Shown here: positions 35,801 to 42,954 of the stretch, one piece after another | How the letters are laid out: the number at the start of each line of letters is the position of its first letter | How positions within the stretch are numbered: position 1 is the first letter of the stretch | Source of the DNA: Auanema rhodensis | Lineage: Eukaryota > Animalia > Nematoda | Assembly: GCA_964057225.1 (NCBI GenBank) | Contig: OZ059899.1 | Span: 4,340,001 to 4,404,000, forward strand | Direction: 5' to 3' | Length of the DNA stretch: 64,000 bases | Program-made: the position numbers and the translations under genes | The notes under the pieces: generated by a model | Told to the model about the DNA's origin: nothing | The model's input: the letters and a program-made list of their open reading frames with translations, nothing else | Database searches by the model: none

Positions 35801-38800
35801 TGAACTCAGCTGCTTTAGAGATATAGTCACTGCCCTTTTTCAAAAGATTAAAGGCTGACGTAATCTTTGGATCGTTGTGAATAGTATGTAAAACATGGTT
35901 CTGTCGTATGGATGCTAAACTTGCTCCATATGCAATAGCTGTTGACATTGAGTAAACTCTCAATGATAAATTGGTGTATAAGTTAGCGCCTGTGAACTTT
36001 AAAGGTGTTAATTGGTGGTATTGCGCTTTATCAAAGAGTGATATTGGTTTTACTTCAACCGATCCATTTATATTTATCCATTCTCCATTTTGATAGTACA
36101 CATCTGTTGGTACATGTTCGCAATCTATCTCTTTTCCATGTGTTAATAAGTCTCTTGATCCTGGAGCAGCAAAATATAATCTCTCATCTTCTGTTATTAC
36201 TGGTGTTTCCAAATAGCATGTATCATTGATCTTATGATTATGATAAACAGCTTTAGGTTGAAGAGGTAAGCATATATGAACATGAACTATATCGCTGCCT
36301 ACGAAACGGGCTGCAATATCCTCTCTTCCTAAAATAGTCCTCATTGCTACTGTGGGTTCTATGTGTAAAATAGAACGCCATAGCTCGAGGTATCTATTTT
36401 GAATCTCACATATGGATTCATAAGATTCCATAAAATGTTTCTGTAGCTCTTCTTGTATGAGTGTTGTTGTATATTGTAGATGATCTTGAGCTATTCTGCG
36501 AGATACGTTGAGGTTGAATTGTATTTCGTTGTTCATTTTTGACGCTGTATACGTTGCCTGAGCCTGAATTTCTCTGGTTTCTACGGGTGGAGATGATGTT
36601 CTTTGTTTCCTTAAGGTTCGTGACGCCGTGTCAGTGACTGTTGCTAATGTTGTTGGCGAGAGAGTCGTAGTTATCACGGCTGTTGTCGTGTCAACTATGG
36701 TTGTCGTCGGAATCCGAGTCGTATAGCTTATAGTTGTCTCCTGAACTAGTGAAGCGGGTTTGTCCGTTGTTGTCGTTAATGACAGTCTTCTAGTCAGATA
36801 AGGCGGTGTTTCAATATCCTCTAACAGTGGTAAAAATGTTTTTATAAGTAGCTGGCGTGTATCCGCGCTTGGGGTTTGAATGCGAGGGTGGGGGCCCATC
36901 GATATACCGTAGTTAGAATCTTTATCTCGATATAGTTTGTTGGTATCTGGCACATTGATTGTTAATTGTCGGAACTTTTCATCATCTACGGCTGCTGCTG
37001 TTTTATTTGGCCTTATTACTCGCAATGTCATCAAGTTATGGTATAAGTAAAGTGTATTTCTAAGTACTATACGCTCATCAGCATTGTCAGTTGTTAAAGT
37101 TGGTCGGATAGGCGGCATGTTCACAAAGGATTTTAAAACCTCTTGCCTTGATGGTACCGACAGATTGTTTTCAAATATTACCGGTGTATAAGCTAGCTCC
37201 ATCGCTATGCTTTCGGCTCTTTCGCGGTAGGATCCGTCCTTTTCTAGTAGTTTTTCGTCAAATTCGTGTGCTGTTAATCTGTCACCTATCTGTTCTAATA
37301 ATTGTTGTGAGGTTAAATACCGTATAGCGCCGCGAGTGGTTGCTGCCAGTTCCTTTTGCGCAAGAAAATAAAGTATTGCTTCCTCAGGGTCGTGTATTTC
37401 GTATGTTTGAAGGAAACGTTGTATGGATTTATCAGATACGGGACTTCTTAAGAAGAAATAAAACTTCTCGGGATGTGCTGAAACCCAATCAATAATTGAA
37501 TATGAAGGGTTGACAGCTCGTCTGGCCTTTATAAGCGGTATTATCTGATAAATACCAGGATTACTCATCACCGGTCGTAAGAAAGGATAAGGACAAATAT
37601 TTAATATTAAAGTTTCAAAATCTTCCTGTTTTTGTATCCACTCCTTGTTTAATTCAACCGTGCATTCCGCAATTGCTCTTTTATCTCTTTTCGCCGGAAG
37701 TTTCTTATATTCTCTCTCTATTAAAACATGGATATTGGTGTCATTTGGGTACTGTGGTAAGAGAATGTAATTGCCAGTTGTGGTGTGGAAGATTGGCTGT
37801 TTAAAACAAGAAGATATTTGCTTCGGTATCTCTTTTTGATCGATTACAAGGGCTGATTGAGTGGTTGGTAACAGAATAATGCCGTCTCCAATTATCACAT
37901 CATATTCACTCATGTCGATATAGTTGCATCGATATTCATAAGGCTGTTTCTCCCATATGATGATTGAGGTATCTGATGCACATTCTCCATGATGCGCTAA
38001 GCATCCTTCAGTATTTAGTATTAAATTGGAGATTATAGTTTCATCTGGCATCCGTGTCATAACCCCTCTTTCGATAACCAATCTGGCTTTCTCTTCACAT
38101 AGTTCATTATTAAAAGATCGGCCTGGCGAGAAGGAAGGCTCGTCAGTTGCATATGTTATGCTGTCGATCTTCTTTAATTCACTCCAATTCCATCTTCTAT
38201 CTCTCACTGCCAGTCTGCATTCTGCAGCTGGTATCTTTTCAATTCTCGCTATCGTTGTATTGGTATCTCTAAGGAACAAAAGGTCTCTGATACACATTTT
38301 ATGAATTTCTTTGGAGCATCTCCATGCATCCCATTCATGTGCCGTTTGATTCCTTGTATAAAGATGAACTTTTGTTCGTAAGATATGCTTTATTGGTGGT
38401 AATAAGCATTTTCGGAGAGATGGGGGACGGAGAAGGGCTCCTCCAGTAGCTTTAGTACATAGCTGGTATGCTTCAGCTGTTGTAACCAGTGATAAGATTA
38501 CTGATAAAGCTACGGCTAAAGTCAAAGGAGATATCAGAGTCAAATTATTGACTCTTGAGCCTCTACCTCTGCCTCTATTGTTGTTATTTCCCCTAAAGGT
38601 ACTGTTATTTCTCTGTCTATTATTGCTCATTTCTTGATTTTGTGATGCATTATGGCTTCTTTGATACCCATTTTGATTTTGATTCTGATAATTTCGACCG
38701 CGGTCACCAAAATTGCAGTTCCTAGCAAATGGGTTTTGGAAATTCCAGCCTTTTTGATTTTTTGAAAATTTATGATAATTTTGATTGTTTTGAAAGTTTG

Positions 38801-40499
38801 GATGATAATTGTTATAATTATTATAATTTTGATAATTTTTATTATTAAAAGATTGATAACCTCTTGCCATACCTCTCCCACCATTGTTTCTGCGCGGGGG
38901 GAAAGTTCTTTCAATTGCGTTAACCAATAGCGCCTGAGGGTCTGCTACTTGGTTTGCAATTGATTCCTCCCAGCGAGCACTATCAACAGCCTCAGCAAAA
39001 GTTTTGGGTTTTGCTCGAATTACCCCTGGGCGTATCGTATTTTTCAAGCCTCTCAAAAATGTGGACCTCAGAATGTGATCTTTATGAGTATCACTATTAG
39101 AGAAAGCATTTAAGCTGAGGTTTCTTAACGTTTGTGCAAAACCATCAATTGATAAATCGCCTTGAGTGCTGTTTTGAAGTGTGATAAGGGCAGGGTCTTG
39201 ATTGTATTCGGGACACAGCTTGGATGTTAACTCTTCTATTAGGGTAACCCAAGGTCCAGCTGTTCTGACCTTGTCAGGTAGCTCTAAATAAGCTTCCTCT
39301 GCTCTATCATTTTTCAATAGTAATGGTAAAATAGTTAGTCTTTCGGGCATCACTAAGCCTAAGGCGTTAGAAAAGGTGTTAAACTTTGCCACGAAATCTC
39401 TAAAGTTACGACTTCCGTCGTATATGGGGCAATAAGGTGAGCTTAATGCGTGCGCAATGGTAGATTTACCAGCTCCCGGAAGACGTGGTGTCTCCGTCAT
39501 GGTTGGTATATCCTCAAGGTATGTGCGAGATGACGTAATCCCTTTACTGCCTGAGCTTCTCGCCGTTAAGTTCTTACCTCCCTTTTTCGAGTTACCAGAT
39601 GTTGGATAACTAATGGTAGGGGCGGCTGAGGAGAACCGCTTCCCTGGGAGTTTGATAACTCGACTCGTTGCCTGAGGCGTCAAATGTATTGAAACGCTTG
39701 AGCTGGGTATAGCGCTATCTGACTTATTAAGGGTTGGGTTGGAGGATACGTGAAGAGAGTTATCAACTTGTTCTGTTGTTACCTCCCCTGGAGACAAATT
39801 CAAAACTTTTATTAAGCGAGCTGTTAAAGATTTCTTACTTTTGAACTTATCAGTAGTTAGTGATAAGGGCAAAACTTCGGTAATTTCCTGATTTGGTTCT
39901 ACGGGATTATTAGAGGTTGAGCGCCTACGCGGTGTATTAGTTTTTCTTTTATTAATCTTTTTAGAATCAAGCTTTTTCGAATCAAGCTTATCAGTGATAA
40001 CTGATAAGGGTGATTTGCGAATAGTGAGAGATGAGGTTTTATTAAGTTGTGAGTTTTCTATCGGAGTGGAAAATGCCTGCGGTGTTAGAGTTAGTTCAAA
40101 AGAAGATGCAAGATCGTTATCAGTATTAACTGATAAAGTTGATAAGTTTAGGTGGGGGGTGGCTGGTGAAGTATTAGAGGTTATTTGTTTTGGTTTTTGA
40201 ATTTTTTGAATCTTTTTATTACTTTTAAAAGAGTGTACCTTTGGAGTTGAAGCTGAAGTTTGAATATTGTAGTCCTGAATATAGAAATCAGGGTCCTCCT
40301 CGGTGTTGTCCGGAGGTGAATACGTGCCTTCTCGAGGAATGAAGGTTTTCTCGACTTTGGGTTTTACCTCTTGTTCAGGCTCTTCAATCTGAACACTGAG
40401 GAGTCGAGTGCGGCTTCTGGTTCGACTGGCGACTGCGATGTCGTCACTGGACTTAGAAGGGTATAGAGCAGGGACGGCCGAAGAGTATCTTCGTGCCAC
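32826..40499 (-). CDS. Gag-Env-Protease-RT-RNaseH-integrase(Zn) polyprotein (first ATG at 39500; listed start is GTG)
   Basis: Capsid-like region (YDGSRNFRDF...FLRGLK...PKTFAEAV), N/Q/R/G-rich tract, internal signal peptide ~38469-38537, Cys-rich ectodomain from 38468, TM ~35667-35744, LWDSGS protease ~35410, YLDD 34086-34097, RNase H, HHCC. Confidence 0.93.
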   Translation of the reverse strand: MARRYSSAVPALYPSKSSDDIAVASRTRSRTRLLSVQIEEPEQEVKPKVEKTFIPREGTYSPPDNTEEDPDFYIQDYNIQTSASTPKVHSFKSNKKIQKIQKPKQITSNTSPATPHLNLSTLSVNTDNDLASSFELTLTPQAFSTPIENSQLNKTSSLTIRKSPLSVITDKLDSKKLDSKKINKRKTNTPRRRSTSNNPVEPNQEITEVLPLSLTTDKFKSKKSLTARLIKVLNLSPGEVTTEQVDNSLHVSSNPTLNKSDSAIPSSSVSIHLTPQATSRVIKLPGKRFSSAAPTISYPTSGNSKKGGKNLTARSSGSKGITSSRTYLEDIPTMTETPRLPGAGKSTIAHALSSPYCPIYDGSRNFRDFVAKFNTFSNALGLVMPERLTILPLLLKNDRAEEAYLELPDKVRTAGPWVTLIEELTSKLCPEYNQDPALITLQNSTQGDLSIDGFAQTLRNLSLNAFSNSDTHKDHILRSTFLRGLKNTIRPGVIRAKPKTFAEAVDSARWEESIANQVADPQALLVNAIERTFPPRRNNGGRGMARGYQSFNNKNYQNYNNYNNYHPNFQNNQNYHKFSKNQKGWNFQNPFARNCNFGDRGRNYQNQNQNGYQRSHNASQNQEMSNNRQRNNSTFRGNNNNRGRGRGSRVNNLTLISPLTLAVALSVILSLVTTAEAYQLCTKATGGALLRPPSLRKCLLPPIKHILRTKVHLYTRNQTAHEWDAWRCSKEIHKMCIRDLLFLRDTNTTIARIEKIPAAECRLAVRDRRWNWSELKKIDSITYATDEPSFSPGRSFNNELCEEKARLVIERGVMTRMPDETIISNLILNTEGCLAHHGECASDTSIIIWEKQPYEYRCNYIDMSEYDVIIGDGIILLPTTQSALVIDQKEIPKQISSCFKQPIFHTTTGNYILLPQYPNDTNIHVLIEREYKKLPAKRDKRAIAECTVELNKEWIQKQEDFETLILNICPYPFLRPVMSNPGIYQIIPLIKARRAVNPSYSIIDWVSAHPEKFYFFLRSPVSDKSIQRFLQTYEIHDPEEAILYFLAQKELAATTRGAIRYLTSQQLLEQIGDRLTAHEFDEKLLEKDGSYRERAESIAMELAYTPVIFENNLSVPSRQEVLKSFVNMPPIRPTLTTDNADERIVLRNTLYLYHNLMTLRVIRPNKTAAAVDDEKFRQLTINVPDTNKLYRDKDSNYGISMGPHPRIQTPSADTRQLLIKTFLPLLEDIETPPYLTRRLSLTTTTDKPASLVQETTISYTTRIPTTTIVDTTTAVITTTLSPTTLATVTDTASRTLRKQRTSSPPVETREIQAQATYTASKMNNEIQFNLNVSRRIAQDHLQYTTTLIQEELQKHFMESYESICEIQNRYLELWRSILHIEPTVAMRTILGREDIAARFVGSDIVHVHICLPLQPKAVYHNHKINDTCYLETPVITEDERLYFAAPGSRDLLTHGKEIDCEHVPTDVYYQNGEWININGSVEVKPISLFDKAQYHQLTPLKFTGANLYTNLSLRVYSMSTAIAYGASLASIRQNHVLHTIHNDPKITSAFNLLKKGSDYISKAAEFTTSAWTSVKQFLIGSIERTLIFIGSIVTIAAVLIILFVVAKFWFFRATPLTVMHVHEIDNEPPGYEETLELVSRPDQQMPDNIMKQYYPALVTFIPIAIPFVASIASAETKLPLIYISVEDKLILALWDSGSSVSYVRLSTLKYLNMTENVKKRHLVAMAANKSTFTFYGKINLVIEIAGYEIEHTFLVSNDHDCPAPALIGLDFMKALDSENIDVSLKPSKKRLEIGNNAIPLIGNESIKHTEITVNIINLRTKTLKPDEEAPIPIKTDKPLESNEVVVLGDSGSALKSLYPTAFRDTSGVYVMFRNDTDGTIAMEANSVIGQAIIGEIPACEPFKHKPILPYVPPEADWESKLPYFPRDFIKDLDLENADLTKEEKHELTKIIESHREAFLNEDRKIGLFKGPIEHTIPLRTDMDMPKPRITRIPLGKQEEIEKQVKEMLEQGIIEPSTSLFNSPVVLVKKKDDTYRFVTDFRALNNVTRKQTYVIPSISDIVDLAAGAQFFSNFDLVSGFFQISLRKSDRPLTAFTTTSGTYQYKRMPMGLCGAPHTFQTAVRYLQSKCSCKLFVYLDDLLVISDTREQHLKDIDDLLQAVEELGMKIKLKKCAFAQPEVKFLGLIVGRQGIKPDPQKVAAIQDYPAPKNATGVRAFLGMVGFFRKFMKDFARIASPLYDLTKADTEFKWENKHKEALDLLKRSLIQAPVLSPPKSDRLFIVESDGSNIAIGAVLLQPEDPKQPLKNLHPIAFASRKLVKAERNYAPIEIEALGLVYALNQFRTYILGTHTICITDHRPLTSLMTRRDLFGRLAKFQLVIQEYDIEIKYRAGQLNKVCDALSRYIGEEANDAKPETKKKKIEEIHINAINTPTIKEIQLNTPWIKRTIAEIEYRAQKNMTANDRYCVINDLLYTKPTDKKPQPAIVIPQEHPIIEEIIKVFHEDPTIAAHQGIIKTKEAILRRFYWTNMQNDITIFIKNCIKCAQRSTFHDGTTNRSF

Positions 40500-41095
40500 T
40501 TTGGAATCACTCTTGGTTTGGAAAAACCGCGAGTGTTTCGTTATATGGGGGATGTTGACGTTGAATGAGTGACAAGAAATTCAGGTCGGTTATAGGGAAA
40601 AGTAAGAAAAGTTTGAAGATTGAGACGTGGCGTCTTTCGCCGAGAATCGTTATTAGATGAGAAAGAGTTTTAAAATCTTGGCCTGAGATCTGGCTCCGCC
40701 TATCTACCGTATTCTCTTTTCTTTATTCTTTTTCACAGATGTTCATCAATTATAAATTTTGTTGGTCTTCGCTCTTTCCAGCCTCAATCTTAATACTTTA
40801 CTCTAATTGAATTCTTGAAAGTATGAGAGAGATTTTCAGTCGTTTTATGTCCCCTTTTTATGCATAAGATTCTTTATATTTGTAGAGCTGAAGAAGGAAA
40901 AAAAATCAAAGAATGGCTTATGAAGGTCTATCGGGAATGACTTTTGTCTTGAGAAAGCTGTACGCTGACCTCGTCTTGTATGATCAAGACGAAGTGTTAG
41001 CTTATAGGCCTCACCCAGACATGAGTAAGATGGTTGGTTAAAACAAAGAAACATGTTATGTTAATAAGAATTTTTAGTTTATTGAGGATTTAAAG

Positions 41096-41446
41096 ATGCA
41101 TTATCTGGGAAGGGGATTAGTAAACTTCTCCCTAATGCAGGAAATAGCGGATGAGGTTGCAGCTATTGGGCGATGGTGCCTCACCGATTTGTGTGCGCAT
41201 TGGTATGAAAACCCCAATTTAATCGCATCCCCTTGGAATTGGTATGAGCATAAGCCTCATGATTTTCATGATTATATGTCTAAAATTTTGTTTAAAATTT
41301 ATTTGTTTTATGAACAGTCTCCTATGGGCTTATTGCTAAGGACCTCTGCGGATTCAGTGTATTCGCAGTATTTAGAGCCTAGCAATGAGCCCATCTCACA
41401 GCCTATAGAATTTGTGAGACAGTTGCATTTTAAATGGGGCTTTTAA
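41096..41446 (+). CDS. Possible antisense ORF (116 aa) inside the gypsy leader
   Basis: ATG start, 116 codons in AT-rich DNA, AATAAA 17 nt after the stop followed by a pyrimidine/T tract; no recognisable motif. Confidence 0.3.
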   Translation: MHYLGRGLVNFSLMQEIADEVAAIGRWCLTDLCAHWYENPNLIASPWNWYEHKPHDFHDYMSKILFKIYLFYEQSPMGLLLRTSADSVYSQYLEPSNEPISQPIEFVRQLHFKWGF

Positions 41447-42426
41447 CAATTGTTTTATATATAATAAATACTTAATTTCACTCATTTGTTCTCTCTCTCT
41501 CTTTTTTTTTTTTTTTTTTTTCATAACACAAACTTTGGTCGAGCTTATTAATAAAGAGGGAGTGCGTGCGCCTTGGGAAAATGGCTCATGTGCACGTTGA
41601 TTATTAAAAGCCGTGGGCGATTCTTTTCCGGAATGATTTTGGCATGCTAATGAGATTCCAAGAATATTTTAAAAAGATTGCTCATTTTACTAATGGACTG
41701 AGACCAAAGCTCGTTTATAAAACGCAATTTTTTTTTTCTTTAAACAATTTTACTAATTTATAGAATATTACAATATGAAGACTACGGTAGGTGTGTGGGA
41801 ATATCTTATGATGTTAGCAACAAAAATGAGCTGAGGAAGGTGACACATTCTACGGAGAAGAAAACATCCGTAGCCCATGTGCTTTCGCCAAAATGACCTG
41901 ACAGGCAATAAAATTTGTGCCAGGATTTTTCGGACTAGTGTGGTCTATTCTCACAATCAAAAAAAATAAAAACCGAATAACGGCTCCCGCAAAAATATTT
42001 AGTTAGCATGCTCTTTTACGCCTGAATTTAACTTTCAAATCTCTAGTCCTGACCACAATAAAATATTAAACTTTGTGCGCTTTCAAAATTTCATTCTAAC
42101 TCCTCGTTGCCAAATAATAATGTAATCAAAATTTCGTTTGGTGAAATTGTCCCCTATTTCGATCCAAACGTCCTCAAAAAAAAATGCAAGAGAAGCGGTG
42201 CAGGATACGGTATTATAAGGGTGGACACTCAGACGGTTTTATGAGTGGGGACAGCGGGTGAAATTTCAAAATTATATAGTCCTAGCTCTCTAAAAGAGAG
42301 ATCCCTTGTACCTGCACCTTATACAAGTTGGCGCCCTCATTATGTTGCTAACCGTGGAGGAAGTTTTCATTTAGATATCAAAATATGGACTTTTTATGCG
42401 AGTTTTTGCGACAAAAATGAGTTCGA

Positions 42427-42439
42427 GGTGGAACCTCCA
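42427..42439 (-). promoter_or_regulatory. Primer-binding site, tRNA-Gln
   Basis: Minus strand TGGAGGTTCCACC directly abuts the 5' LTR and is complementary to the recalled animal tRNA-Gln 3' end ...GGTGGAACCT-CCA. Confidence 0.85.
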
Positions 42440-42805
42440 CGTTCCATTATGCTCCTACGTATATTGAACAGACCATTGTAGTCTGCTCAACTACGCGTAT
42501 AGTATTCCATAAGTGTAGCGGTATGGAAACAGAGCATAAGGATTACATAAGATAAGGAAATATATAGGTTTATTATACACAATACAATATCATTACAATA
42601 CAATAACACAAGGATAAAGTAAACTACATTTACAAGACAAAGACTAATATATAAGATTAACTAAGTTAGATGCAAACCGTCCATGGGCTTGCAAAGGGGC
42701 GAACTCCCGAATAGGGGCATGAGGGAAGGCGGTGCCATTCCTCATTCCTCTAGTCGGTCTGGCTCTAACCCTGCAGTTACATATATAGAGTCTCCGAATG
42801 GAACG
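42440..42805 (-). repeat. Gypsy element 5' LTR (366 bp)
   Basis: Direct repeat of 30735-31100; adjacent to the PBS; followed on the plus strand by TSD CTAC (42806-42809). Confidence 0.96.
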
Positions 42806-42826
42806 CTACCCCTGAGCTATATCCCC
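42806..42826 (-). pseudogene. 5' part (nt 1-21) of the split tRNA-Ala gene
   Basis: ctacccctgagctatatcccc continues the gene interrupted at 30734. Confidence 0.95.
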
Positions 42827-42954
42827 ACATTCGACAGAATATATGACTGTGAGTTTGTTCAAACTTGAAGAACCTCTTGATCAAAAATTTTGGTTGTGAA
42901 TATTAATTTCATAATCTAATTTTTCTTTCAATCATTTTGTAAATCTCCTGAAAA

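Larger units (their letters stand above)
30735..42805 (-). mobile_element. Ty3/gypsy-type LTR retroelement with gB-like env between gag and pol; 12,071 bp; 4-bp TSD CTAC
   Basis: Two 366-bp LTRs, PBS, polypurine tract, TSD; protease-RT-RNaseH-integrase order with gypsy motifs (SPVVLVKKKD, DFRALN, MPMGL, YLDD, TDHRPL, DALSR, NGQVER, GPY). Confidence 0.96.
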
